A DNA stretch of 64,000 nucleotides from Epiperipatus broadwayi. Lineage: Eukaryota > Animalia > Onychophora. Numbering within the stretch: position 1 is the first letter of the stretch; the number at the start of each line of letters is the position of its first letter. Positions 38,820 through 52,023 of this stretch are shown here, piece by piece. A model generated the notes under the pieces. It made no database searches and was not told where the DNA came from. It saw only the letters and a list, made by a program, of their open reading frames with translations. The position numbers and the translations under genes were made by a program. The stretch spans positions 17,670,001 to 17,734,000 of the forward strand of contig JAQFVV010000002.1 of assembly GCA_028023455.1 (NCBI GenBank). The letters are read 5' to 3'.

Positions 38820-39005
38820 ACAAAGCAAAGCTCCATATAGTAGTGCCACCTGTGCTAAACAGAGTAATCAATGGATGCCAGAAGGCTTGTGCATAAAATC
38901 CCTATCTAATACCTATTCATCCAATATCCCCAGACTAGTTTCTGGCTTGTGGCCTTCGTCAGTGAGGAGCTTTGGATCTGTGATCATGTGATGCTTGCTG
39001 GTTTA
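38820..39005 (-). mobile_element. Family A copy A6
   Basis: Family A consensus with the most complete hammerhead. Confidence 0.85.
38919..38977 (-). ncRNA. Type I hammerhead ribozyme, family A (best copy)
   Basis: AUCCAA AGC UCCUCA CUGACGA A GGC CACAA GCC A GAAA CUAGUC UGGGGA UA UUGGAU. Bipartite helix I, core with variable N7, helix II, palindromic ACUAGU helix III, GUC cleavage triplet. Confidence 0.85.
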
Positions 39006-39309
39006 AGATGTAATAGTTGAAAATCCTAATGCTTTTACAGCTTTTAGATTTTCTATTTGTTCAATCATGTTTTCAAAGAAAATGAAGATGGTCATTACAA
39101 ATCTGGATTTTTTTATTCTGATAGTGATGGCTTATTATCAAAATATAAATATGTGAAATATTTCTAAATTTCATGATTCATCTGAGTTTGCACTAGAATG
39201 TTACCATCTAGAACATTACCATGTTGTTGTTTTAATTTTTGAATTCTGCTCAGGTAATGTGATCTTGTTTAATTATATTTTATAATTATATAAACTAGTT
39301 TATTAGGTA

Positions 39310-39540
39310 ATAATGAGCCATGGTAATTGCTCTAACAAGCTTATTGATAAATGCCAGTAAGAGAAAGCATTTAAAAATATCTATCTAGAAACCACACCCT
39401 AACCTCAAACCAATAGTTTCATGCTTTGGCACTTCTCAGTGAGTCACTAGGGGAATTTCAAACACTAGATCTAAAAATACCAACAAGCTTAAAAAAAGAT
39501 TAGGTCATGTGATATATGATTTTAATTTTTAACGACTAGT
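39310..39540 (-). mobile_element. Family E repeat with hammerhead motif (39402-39445)
   Basis: Reverse complement of 49540-49745. GACUCA CUGAGAA GUGC CAAA GCAU GAAA CUAUUGGUU UGAGGU. Confidence 0.65.
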
Positions 39541-40334
39541 TTATTAGATGTTTCAGTTATATTTCCGAATTTTAATATTGCATATCTTTTGAACAATATA
39601 TAATTGATTATATTGATTTTATAATTTATTTTTTTCACTATTGTTAAATGATAAAGGATTTTTAATATAACTGACATTTCATAAATAACTTGCATGGTTT
39701 GATGAAATATGATTTAAAGATCTTTTATAAATAATTTGTTTTTTGTTTGTTTGGTTGGTTTTTTGGATGTATTTCTGTTGTTAATCTTAAATTAATTATT
39801 ACTAATAATTTTTAACATATCATTAGTATTCAATTGTAAATCAAATGGGAATTTTTCTAACATATGAATTGAAGTTTATATATATGATGTTTGATGTTAA
39901 ACTCAGTCTCACCGTATTATAGTTAATAAAAAATTCTGATATGGTAATGACTTTAGAATTTAGTCAGAAATCAGGTGAAAAGGTCATGTGATCAATTATT
40001 TCTGATGAACCATGGTTTGAAAATAAATATGAATTTTTAAAACATAGCTTACTGAGATATACATATTATGAGATAATAAAAAATTAATTAATTCCCTAGA
40101 AAAATGTTGCATATGGCATTTAAGATCTCATAATTCTTTAGATATGATTTATTGATTGGTAATATTGTATTTAGTGTATTTTTTTTTAATTCATTAGTGT
40201 GCACATAAAATAATTTTATTGTTGATATACTCAGAAAAATGATTATATATGTTTCTGATGCTTCAAATATTGTTTTGATCCAGATAGTTTTTCTTTACTG
40301 ATTAAGATAGCAACGTCTCTTGCAGGGCTATTAT

Positions 40335-40604
40335 TTATAAAAGGAATGGTATACCAATATTAGATAACACTTTAATAAAAATATTTGTGTTGATACTGTG
40401 GTTGAATTTTGTTTTGGTAATTGGTAATACATCAAAAGATATTCTACAAAAGAACATGCTGAATTTATAAACTTTAGAGAAAAATTTAGTCCTTATCATA
40501 CAGATTGCAAATTTTATATCATTACTGGACATTATGTGGTATGCTGAAATGTATCTTCTGAAATTATTTTGATTATCTAAATTGTTGGAATTCATTTTTT
40601 TCAT
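40335..40604 (-). mobile_element. Decayed LINE RT fragment
   Basis: SINTNIFIKVLSNIGIP resembles the post-AFD helix of LINE RTs; weak. Confidence 0.3.
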
Positions 40605-41334
40605 CTTGTCATCTCAGTTTCAGAATTTGTTTATGTGTGTTTTGTCTTCTTTTTTTGAAAGAATTGATTTGTTTGTTGTTTTTAGAATGACTTCTTCTAT
40701 TCCTCATAGGATTGTTCAGATGGTGATGTATTTGACTTGCTAGGAAGGTTTGCTGATTCTTTAACTTTAGGTGGATTATGGAAGTAAATGGATTGTTATT
40801 ATTTTAAAATCTTTTGATATCTTGATGTCTTTAGATTTGCAATTGTTCAAACTTTTCTGTAGTTTTATCTCATTTTATTACCCTGTCATCATTGTTTACA
40901 ATATGAGTCTTTGTACTGGCATCTTCTTTAGCCATGACTTGAAATCATAATGGGTTAAGAGGCATAATACAACTGTGCCTAATTCTGACAAGGAGACCGT
41001 GGATAGAACATTTATTCATTAGGCATTTAGATGCAATATGCATTGGTCAAAAACATGTAAAACTTGTATAGTCAATCTTTGATACATGCAATGCATGGGA
41101 ATCTATCAATCATGAGTATTTATGGTATATTTGCAGGTTTTTGTTTCATTTTAAATGAAAGTCAAAACTATTAGTTTGTTTGATTTTTCATCTCTTTTAA
41201 TCACTGCATGTTTTAATACAGTGATGGTTGCAATATTTTGTACTGTTATAGAAAAGTTGTTGATAAAATCTCATCATAAGTGTGTGTACTATTCTTTCAA
41301 AAATTATTAGATTTAACTTCTGAAATATAGAATA

Positions 41335-41640
41335 TAGGGTATATGAGCACAGACTTACACATGACCCACCAGTCTCCATTCTATCTCATAACACTGATGC
41401 ACCCAAACACATGTATGTCAAAAAGATAAACAATCACCAATATACATATTTCATGCTAAACCAGCAATCATCAGTTGGTCCAGATTATCTTATCTACACA
41501 TATATGCAATAAGTGCTCAGATATATATTAAGATAGCCAATCTTTATACGTTAATGGACAGGCTTCAATCCACTCCACACTCTAACTCTTCAAGCATCCA
41601 TCCAATTGTAAATCTGATGATGGAACGCTCAAAGGCCACA
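41335..41640 (-). mobile_element. Family B copy with hammerhead (41436-41479)
   Basis: Minus strand: ACCAA CUGAUGA UUGC UGGUUUA GCAU GAAA UAUGUAUA UUGGU. Confidence 0.8.
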
Positions 41641-44110
41641 CTGAGGCCGAGATTCTCATCACACCCATGTTGATCTGAAATATAGTAAATTTTAATTTCA
41701 TTTAATGTTTGAATAAGATTTTATATTCTTATAATTAAAAAACTTTTTAAGGGTAAAAAAGAAATATAGATGCTTTGATCAATTAAGTTTACCTTATCTA
41801 GAGCCCCAACATATTCTGAATATGAAGGATGAACAAAAAAAATCTTCAGACATTGTATCTACAGACAGGTAATAGAAAATATCAATATTTTAGATGTCCT
41901 CATGTCATTAAGTGCTTCATGCCAATAATTATTTAATTTTGCAAATGTATTGCATTAAAATTTGAGAGTAATTTGTTTTTGTTTTCTTTTTTTAAAAAAT
42001 TACACTGAATGTTGCTGCTCTAAGAGTGTTAATTTTTTTAATTTTATTTGCCATTGTATTATCCAGCAAAGTTGTGTTTCACTTTAATTCATCATTATTA
42101 TTTTGTGATATTTTTTGTAGGCATTCAGTTTTTTCTTTTTTTAGATATTTCTTAACTGTTAGTTATGACTTTTCTTTATTGATATACTTTGTATTTTTGT
42201 TTTCAGCTTTTTTTAACATCACCATTTTCGAAATTAGTAATTCTTATCTGTTTCTTATTAGTATTGGCACTTTTGACATTTATAAAATTTTCTGAAGAAA
42301 TTTTACTATATAATGACAATACCCGGCCATTAATTAAGCTATTGCAAGTCAAAAAATTCAACTTATATATCCAGAGCTATCTTTACTTTTTTAGGGTTGA
42401 AAATATGACCAAAGATTCCTTCATATTCTTAAAAAGTAGGTGATAATACAGGATTCTTTTTAGCTTTATTATAAATATATTTGTCATTATTAATTAACTG
42501 AAGTATTATGATTGTTAAATAAGAATTCATGTTATAGTCATTTTCACAAAAACTTTTATTTTTTGTTGAAAATAAGTTCGATAAAATCATCCAAAATTTA
42601 TTCTCTGAAACTTCCATTTCTAATCAGTTTTTTGATAAACATCTTTACATATTTAAATAGTACATCCATCCTTGTATTCAATTGCTATCAACATGACAAT
42701 ATAATTATCTTATCTTTTAAATCTGCTTCAAACTTACACAAATATTGGTTTTAGAATAAAAACACTTTCAATCTTTATGAATCTGTATATTTATAACCTA
42801 AATATATTAATATTGCTGGGTTGATATAACTTCTAATATTAATAGGTTTTATTTGATAGTATTATCTAATATGTTATTATAACATTTGATTAACAAATCC
42901 AGGTATTTAATGCATTTCTGAATTCCATGTCATATAGACATATTTAAGTGTTGAACATTATTCAATTTCCCAACATGTCTGAACTATTGACGCATTGAAT
43001 CAGTTAGTTAATAATAGTAAGTATAAAATTTATCAAAGTAATGGCCATTGGTTGTTTCTTTGATTGAAAGCCAACAGCCAGATTCCTATTATATTTATCA
43101 TGATGAATCAAGGTTAATATCAATGTAAAAATAGAACAACATTTCTATCTGTATAAGAAAACTAAAAAGAATTTTATATTATCATCATTATTTTTAAAAT
43201 ATGAAAACATATTCGATCCTATTTTTGTCCATAAAAAAGTGAAGATGATTTGCAAGACCGTATGATGAGAAAGGAATTGAAAAATATGTGAAACATAGTT
43301 CATTAATAATGGAATCTCTTTATTGAACAAAACCTTTCATAATGTTCAGTAAGTATGTTCTGGAACATGGAATATTAATATTGTTTACTTTTTATACAGT
43401 GTGTTTGGCAATATAAAGTTTATCTTTGAAAAGGATGTTTTGCACAGAAATGCATTAAGGCTACATATTTAATATTGTTGGTGTTTTTTTCACTCAACAT
43501 TTTTGTGATTACATATATTTATGACATTTAAGTGATAGTGTGTTTGTAATTATAATACTACTAAAAAGAAAGTTGTCATTTCTTAAGAAATACTAATAAT
43601 CTAAGACTTCCACAAATTGAAAACAATATTTTCAATTTAATACTAAAAGTAAGTTAACTTGCTTTATGATGGTTATGCATTCTAAGGATATTAGAATCGA
43701 ATTGTAGAAATAAACAAAAATTACTTAAATAAAAGAATTCATTCCTTTTTGTGAAGAGTTTTTGAATTATTATATGATTGACAATGAACAGGTTATCATG
43801 AGTCTCCAGTGGTAAAACTTCTATTGTTGGAACAAGTTATTCCTCATATGTCATGCTGAAAACTTAACTATTTGTATTTTGTTGGACATTTATTTTCTCT
43901 GGAAGGTATTAACCAGAAAATTTCAACTGATTTTTGACATAGTGGATGAAACTAATGCATAGATAATTGGTTGTATAATTATGATAGAATTGATAAGCAA
44001 ACAGTTTAATGATATCGTAGTGATATTCACAGCTGATCTGCAAGCTAACCAAAAAAATGGATAGAAGAAACCACCTTTTATGAAATATTTTAATTAAAGA
44101 GCTATAACAT

Positions 44111-44221
44111 GTCAAGCGTTGTTAGCCGAGGGGTCATCACAGCCACCTTGCAAGCAAGTAGTTGGTTGCAGATGGTTGTGGGTTCGCGTCCCGGCCGATG
44201 CTATGACATAGGAAAAAAAAA
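44111..44221 (+). mobile_element. tRNA-Gly-derived short SINE with 11-bp TSD
   Basis: GTCAAGCGTTGTTAGCCGAGG...GGTTCGCGTCCCGGCCGATGCTATGACATAGG-A tail. TSD AGCTATAACAT at 44100-44110 and 44222-44232. Confidence 0.9.
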
Positions 44222-44708
44222 AGCTATAACATATAATATTGATGTTACGTGATGCATTGTAACTTCTTATGTGGAGTTAGGAATCTCTCAGCTACTATGC
44301 CCAGAGAAACATGCTAGCCACTTTACTTTCTTTCCATTCCCTGCCCTAGTTTTCCGAAATTCTTCTCTATTCTGCTCCATCTCATTTCCATAACATAATC
44401 TTTGTCAACTTCATAGCCTTTATAATGATATTGAAGTTGTAATAATTAAAAACTATGTAAACTATCTCTTCTGGTTAAAAGTGAGAGATAGTAGATTAAT
44501 TTAGAAAAAACATTAGATTAAGGAAAATATAAAAATCAATTAGATTAAAGAAAATTAATTAAAAGACAGATTCAAAGTTAAGGTAAAAATAAACTATAAC
44601 CAATGGGAGAGAAAAATATAAAAAGTTGCAACCGTTTATTGTTGTTTATTCTGGCCTTCATTTGGTGATTGAATTATTCCAGTCTTCATTCCATTATGGA
44701 TGCATTAC

Positions 44709-45160
44709 ATTCATCATCATCATCAACCATTATCAATCCACTGCAGGATGGTCTCTCTAAGTTCAATCCATCTCCGATCTTTAGTGTCTCTTCTTCACAT
44801 TACCCCTGCACACTTTGTTATTTCATCCATCAATCTCACATATGGTCTCTTTCTAGGTCTTTTACACTCTCTTGGAATCCAGTTTAAGATTTCAATTGTC
44901 CATCTATTATCATTTCTTCTAGCAATATGTCTGGCCCAACTCCACTTCAGTCTTTTAATTTTTTCAATGAGGTCAGTAATACCTGTTTGTTCTCTTACCC
45001 ATATATTGCATTTTTGATCTCTTCTTGTTACTTCCAACATGCATCTCTCCATACTTCTTTGAGTGATCTGAAGTCTCTATTGGTCTTCTATTAAGTGTCC
45101 AAGTTTCAGATCTATAAGTAAGAACTAGTAAAACACATTTAAAATGCATTACATTACTCA
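44709..45160 (-). mobile_element. 5'-truncated RTE LINE
   Basis: ORF 44795..45052 MERCMLEVTRRDQKCNIWVREQTGITDLIEKIKRLKWSWA; (GAT)n tail. Confidence 0.9.
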
Positions 45161-45692
45161 TTGTTTAATTCATTCAATGAGCAGAGATTCAGAAATCTAA
45201 GGACAGAAAAGAGCCAGTCATTACTGCTGCAGAAAATATCATTGCAGAATTCATGGACTAGCAACATGCATTGCTAGACCACCTTAGAAGTGTTCAACTG
45301 GACTCCATACCCTAAGTCCTCTGCCAAAATCAACTATCCATACCTGGAACCGAAGCCCAGAACCAATGCTTAAGTTGTAAGATAGATGCTTCCACTACTC
45401 TCTTTCTCCAATTGTTGAGTCACAGAATGGAAGACAGGCCCTGAAACTATTGATGGAGACTAAAAATCCAACCAGTTGGAAATTGCAAATCATGAAAAGC
45501 TAGATAAATATATTTTGACCACTGTCTACAAACAGTTTATATTTTCTAAATGAAATGAACTTTAATGAAGGACTATTATAAAATTTATCCTGAGTAAACA
45601 CATATATTGTTTTTATATGTAAATTTTCATAGTATTATGTTATGTTAAATATGTGAGTATGAATAAATATTAATGTTTGCTTAATTATTATA

Positions 45693-45725
<33 letters not shown>

Positions 45726-45770
45726 GTCACTTTGTCACCATTAATTTAAAGTTATAAATAATTGTGTAAG

Positions 45771-45963
45771 TTAAGTTAAATGTGCTGGACTCCCTTGATT
45801 AAAAGTAGGAGCTAGCTTGTGATATTTTAAGTGCTGGATTGTGTGCCTGTTATCTGAGCATAATAATTATGTATATTAAGTTAAATGTGCTGTACTCCCT
45901 TGATTAAGAGTAGGAGCTAGCTTGGAATATTTCAAGGGCTGGATTGTGCCTGTCATTTGAGCA
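45771..45963. repeat. ~105-bp tandem duplication
   Basis: TTAAGTTAAATGTGCTG.ACTCCCTTGATTAA.AGTAGGAGCTAGCTTG at 45771 and 45876. Confidence 0.85.
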
Positions 45964-47226
45964 CACTGGCTATATAATATATGGTCAGCTGGTACCTGAG
46001 TTTGATCCTCAAAACAAATAAAATGCTTTGGATGGCAGGGGGTTTGTTCCAGCAGTCGAGGTAGGCTATGGTCAGGAAATGTGGTCATGTTATGCTCTGT
46101 ATAGCTTGATCTTGCCATGGGTATCATTGATGATCATGCTAACAATGGTACGCTCCCCTCTGCTTGAATGGCTAAGCCATTCCTGTAGTATTAAAGATAT
46201 AAAATAAGAATTACCAAGAAGTTATGTATTAAGCATAACAAAGCAAAAGTTTAATAAAGACTTAATTAAAGCCAAAAGATATTAAAAAGTTATGTTTAAA
46301 AGATATTTAAACCTAGTAATGAAAAATAGTTATAAAGAAAAGAATAAATAATGAAAAATAGTGAGTCAAATACTCTACAACAATGCTTGTTTGGAGGGAT
46401 CCAGTTCTATATATATATATGTGTGTGTGTGTGTGTTTGTGTGTATGTTAAAAAGTATTGTACACTTGCAATTGAAACATATACTATTTTAATCAATTTT
46501 TATCAACAAAATGAGCTATTATACACAATGTGTGACATATATAAGAAGTGCTTGAGATAAAAAAAAAAGTGGGTATCATGGCTCCACTTTATTATCTTTT
46601 TTATAAAATGATAAAATATTCCCATCAATATGTATTAATATATATATACAGGATGAAACTTTAATGTCAGACACATCTTGTCAAAATGCTAACCATATAT
46701 AAGTAGATATATAGGTTCAGGATGTTTTTTTCAGAAAGTTGACGTATAGCCAACCCAGATAGCAATCCAATTATTGTTTGGTGGTTCTGCTATTTTTAGA
46801 TAGAGAGTAAAATGATGGGAAAAATATCTAAAAATTATTGCCATTTGGTATTTGACAAGTCTGTGAATTCTTTATTACTGCTTGTGTTTAGGGAGAGGAG
46901 AAAGAGCTATTAGAGAAGTCTGTGCCCATATATGAAGTTCTATATTTCTTAAACATTTTTTGTGATTCACTCTGTCTTTTATCATACAGAAATTTTATTT
47001 TGTAAAATTTGAGATAATTGACTAAAGAACTTTACTTTTACTATTTGGATATCTTCTACTCCTTTTTTTAAAGCTTATTTTAATTAATCACTGATACTTC
47101 TTTGCTAGTTTATATTTTTGGGCTTTTATTGTGAAAGATAATTGACATTTTCAGTTTTTTAAAGTTACTTGTGAGTTTTCAAGTAAACCAAGATGGCAGT
47201 CCGTATTTTTGATAAATATACAGTTT

Positions 47227-47483
47227 CAGGGCCCCCCAAAAAATGTTTACAAAATGATGTCCTATGAAATATCATATTTAATATTTATATTTTATTTTTT
47301 ATTACTGTTATTTTAAAAAAGTTATCATTGTGGAAAAATTAATTGCAGTATTTACAGTTTATTATCTTTTTTTTTGATTAACTTATTAACAGAAAAATGA
47401 AAAAATATATATACTTTACACTTTATTAACACACACTTTTATACTTTACACTTTATTAACACACACTTTTTTGGAGGGCAGTA
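47227..47483. mobile_element. Possible decayed Tc1/mariner-type MITE
   Basis: CAGGGCCCCCCAAAAAATGT at the left versus ACACTTTTTTGGAGGGCAGTA at the right (imperfect inverted ends). Contains a perfect 30-bp tandem duplication at 47411-47470. Confidence 0.35.
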
Positions 47484-48427
47484 TACCACAAACATTGGGA
47501 ATAGTCCATTGTAGCATGTTCTGTGATAGGAAGGTCCCAAATTTTATTATTATGGCAATTTATCAAAAAAACTGCTAACAAAAAGAAACACGCTGAATTG
47601 AACCAAAGTATAACAATGTTAAGAGTATCTCATTGCTTCCCACATTACATTATAAGTAAAAAAAAAAAATGAAATTAGGCTTCTTTAGGAAACTAATTGG
47701 AATTTATTCCTTTTTTAAAAAAAATTTAACAACCAATTTATTAATTTTCTTTTAATTTAACAACTAAGGCATCTTGGATAGATTATAGACCCTTGAAATT
47801 AATTGAAACACAGGCTTGTTATATGCCTATGTCTATATATGTAATATATAGAGTATATGAGCACAGACTTTCACACGACCCATCACTCTCCACTCTATCT
47901 CATAACACTGATACACTTACAGCTGCCATCTTGGTTTTTTTGAAAATTCACAAGTACTTTTTTAAAAATGATTTATGAGGTTGTGTGATCAGTTCAAAGC
48001 CTTTGAGATTATGTATGTTTAATTTTCAGCAACACAATGTGATTTTTAAAGCCAAACTATTAGAATTTTAAATATATATCTTAATAAATCTTTCAGTACT
48101 TTATTTACTAGATTGCTTATCCATTGCAAATAGTTATTTTGCATTGATAAGCAGGTGAATAAGTAAAGAGATTCTGCAGTGTTTATGAAAAATGTTTGGT
48201 TCATTAGTCAAGATCAGAAATTACAGATAATGTTCGAAAAGAAAACACAATATTTATTATATCACATATATTTGTGTGTGTTTGTTCATGCATTAAAATA
48301 TTTGCCTGTGATAGAGGAAATATAGTAATTCACCAAATTACAAGTTGTCAATTTTTAAAAAAAATGTAACTCCATAAAACTAAGCTCTGTCTTCACTTAT
48401 GTCTATTTTCAATTAAAAGTGCCACTA

Positions 48428-48820
48428 AGCCAATCCTGTCTAATATGATAGTGGTGTCTATGGTTATTAAAGAACCAAAAACTCCAAAATGTATGGGTAT
48501 TGAACTGAGTTCAGACCTATATGACTATATAAGCTGGTGAGTTTGGATTAAAAATATTAAGTTGTTTTTAATTTAAGATTCATAGTTTTGTAGTTAAGTA
48601 GAGATAAAAGGTGGCTGCTGGAGGGTTGCATTAGATCCTAAGATCTAGGTGCAGTGCTCTCAGATCCAAAGCTCCTCACTGATGAAGGCCACAAGCCAGA
48701 AACTAGTCTGGGGATTAGTAGGCACTAGATGGGGATTTTGTGCACAAGCCTTCTGGCATCCATTGATTATTCTAGCTTGCAGTGAGTGGCAATATGTATA
48801 GTGAGTTTTTCCTGTTTTAA
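48428..48820 (+). mobile_element. Family A copy A7 with flanking direct repeat
   Basis: TAAAAGTGCCACTA at 48414-48427 and 48821-48834. Confidence 0.85.
48673..48714 (+). ncRNA. Type I hammerhead ribozyme, family A
   Basis: UCCUCA CUGAUGA A GGC CACAA GCC A GAAA CUAGUC UGGGGA; predicted cleavage after C48708. Confidence 0.8.
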
Positions 48821-49539
48821 TAAAAGTGCCACTACCTGTTCATTAGAAGCTTTTCATTTTAATTAAAATTAAATGGTCTTTGGGTGGGGGTGAAGTGGAG
48901 TATTAATGCATGTTAGTAGGAAGAATTAACTGCAATGGATTGAAAGTACAAAGAATATATCACATTTATTTTAAATCTTTTTAATACATTGAAAACAATG
49001 TACGAATGCAAAAAAATATTATATTGCTATTAAATCAATGGATTGTACTTTTTTAAATATACTAATAATATTTTGAATAATTGGAGGGAATATTTTGATA
49101 ATCTTTTACATACTGATACAATAATCCATGTTTGTTTTAATAATACATTTGTTCTATCAATTCATTTAGACATTTAAAGATGTATCCAGTTTGATTAAGT
49201 TAAAACAACTTTTCATAATATCACAAACAGCATTTTATCAACAAAGCTTGTTAGAGCAATTAGCAAAGCTCTTTGTTTTTATTTACAAGCTTAAAAAATT
49301 GAGTCATGTGATGTATGACTTTTTTAATGATTATTTATAGTCTTTCTTTTAAGTCTTAAGTAATGTTGTATTTCTAAGACTACTAATATCTGGTTTGGCT
49401 GAAGATTTCTCAGCCCCATATGGCTATTTGAGTTAGATAGCTGGGTTTGAAGACATGTAGGTGTCTAAAAATTTCAGATTTTCTCAATAGTTAATTCTTA
49501 GATAAATGCTGGCTTTGGGTTAATATTTTTAGATATAGT

Positions 49540-49745
49540 GTCAGAAGCTACCCAGGCACCTCACTGAGGAGTGCTAAAGCACAAAACCATTGGTCTGGGA
49601 TTTGGGTGTGGTTTCTGATAGAGATATTTTAAATGCTTTCTCTTGTTAGCATTTTATCAACAAAGCTTGTGAGAGCAATTAGCAAAGCTCTTTGTTTTTA
49701 TTTACTAGCTTAAAAATTGAGTCATATGACATATGATTTTTTTTT
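49540..49745 (+). mobile_element. Family E repeat with hammerhead motif (49558-49600); 3' segment duplicated at 49228-49325
   Basis: ACCUCA CUGAGGA GUGC UAAA GCAC AAAA CCAUUGGUC UGGGA. Confidence 0.65.
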
Positions 49746-50036
49746 ATTGACTATGAAAGCATACTATTGAGATATCTGGCTGGTAAAGCTTTAAAATCTG
49801 GTGGTGTTTCAAAATTACTTGAATTTTATAGAAATACACATAGTCCCATTATTGTAACTAAGTTTAAAAATTGTTCTATTGTTCTAATTTATAAAAATGA
49901 AAGGGATAAAAAAGACTGCAACAATTACTTGAAATTATTGTTATCTATTAGAGCAAAAATATGTTTGAGTACTGCATTAAATAGTTGATTTTAGTCATAG
50001 ATTAGATTGCACTAGAGACTGTATATAGTTTTAGAG

Positions 50037-50797
50037 CAGTGGTCTTCAACCCTTGGTCCATGGACCAGTGCTGGGCCACAGAAGTTTTCTGCCTGTCCAC
50101 GCTAGACTGGCAGGAAAGTTTGTAATAACAAAATAATATTTTAAACTTTTAATTAATATAAACAATTTTTATTTTTTCATCTCATTTTTATCCAATTAAA
50201 AAAAAAAGAAACAGAACAAAAACAAAATCTAATCAATCGTGCATAAATTAATTTGTTTTTCTAGTTATCACAGATGTTTATGGGGGGGGGGGATAGAATT
50301 AAAATTTTCATTATTTTTCTAAAAAAATTCAAAATTAAAAGGAAAAAAAGTTTTTTATTATACAAACTTCATATATATATAACTTCATCTTGTATATTTA
50401 ACATTAAATACAGATATTACATTTATCATAATCATTGTCATGTAACTACACTAGCTGTGATATTTCCCAACATTCAGGTGAATAACATTTTATTCTTGCA
50501 TGTTTATATATAAATGTAACAATGCAGGCACATTAATGAGAATGATTGTTATTGTATTGTTTTCTGTAGCAGTATGACTACGCAATTCAAGAAAGAGTAT
50601 TCATCATGTGAAGGTAAGCAACACCATTACAATACACAGTAACTAGTGTGTTATTTTGGTCAGTTATAACAATTATTCTCATCTAAGGCTAAGCAGTTTA
50701 CATCTTGAAGAAAATTTATATGTAGACTTCTGCCAGTCTGCGAAATCTTATCCTTATTTTTGCTGGTCTGCGGGTGTGAAAAGGTTGAAAACCACTG
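50037..50797. mobile_element. Non-autonomous hAT (Buster/Charlie-type) element
   Basis: TIRs CAGTGGTCTTCAACC / GGTTGAAAACCACTG; perfect 8-bp TSD TTTTAGAG at 50029-50036 and 50798-50805. Confidence 0.92.
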
Positions 50798-52023
50798 TTT
50801 TAGAGAATCAAGAAATATTGTGGGCATATTTTTGCATGTGTGTGTGACAAAGAAAATTATATTTATGATGCAAAGATATTTTTCAAAGACATTTTTGAAA
50901 ACTAAAATATTGATCTGCTTTTATAGGGGGAATATGGTTGAAAATAAAAAGCAGTGAATATTACAATTAAGCAAAATGTTTTAAAAAAGTCTATTGCAGA
51001 AATTAAAAAGAAGTACCACAAGATGACAAACAAGAAGACTGACCTGCATGTGATATAAGTGGACATATTTATGTTTTATGGATTGGTTTGTGCAATTATT
51101 ATAAAACTTATCTTTACTATTTTTGTCTTTCTCTTTTTTTTTATCCTGAAGTTATAATTTGCTTGTGGTAAAATGAATGGATTTTTTTCACTATTTAATA
51201 TAAATAATGTTAATTTATTTTGTATAATGCATTAATTTTTTTAGTCAAAATTTTATTTAAAAATCGTCTTTTGTTATCAACTTTCTTTATATATTTTTGT
51301 TCATATTTTTTATTTATTACATTTTGATTTACAAGTATCAAATCCATTACATTCACAACTTTAACACCATTCATTTCATAAATATATACTAATGATTATC
51401 ACTAATCATTTACTAAACCAGAGATTATCTCTAGCCCAGATATAAACTTTATACCTCAGTTAAAGATTAATAACTGATTTTTTTAATTAAACACAAACAT
51501 AGATTTATTCACATTTCTCTTTCCATCTGAAATAGTTTTATAAATATCTTAATATTAATATAGCTATTTGAGAGGATTATTTCACTTTTAGTCATAAGTA
51601 TTAATGCTTTTCCATTAAAATATTTACATAATTTGCATAATGTGAACTGATGCAATGTGAATTTTTTTCATTCTAATAAATATAAAATGGAGGACAAAAT
51701 TACTATTAGTTGTAATTACATTTTCGTATAATTATTATAACATAATTTAATAAATATAAACAACATTTAATATTTGAATTGCAGATACTTTATTACATGA
51801 TATTAAAAATTAAACTCATGATTATAAGAGATGTGTATCAGTTGTTTAACTTTTTTCAGCTAATCTGAAAAAAATGTAAAAATATCAAGTAAAATCCCAA
51901 TTGTGATGCTGATGAACTTTGTACAGTTAGTAGATATTACTTTTTAAATTTAATGTTTAAATAACAATTTAAAGTTACTTACTTGAATTTAATTTTGAAA
52001 ATTAAATTAGTTTTTAGCAATTT

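Noticed and set aside
40003-40030. CUGAUGA ACCAUGGUUU GAAA
   Set aside because: No room for a helix II loop, and no helix I/III or NUH triplet.
41614-41660. CUGAUGA-UGG...CC-GAGA as a further hammerhead
   Set aside because: GAAA and helices I/III are not supported, and other family B copies end or diverge right after CUGAUGAUG, so there is no confirmation.
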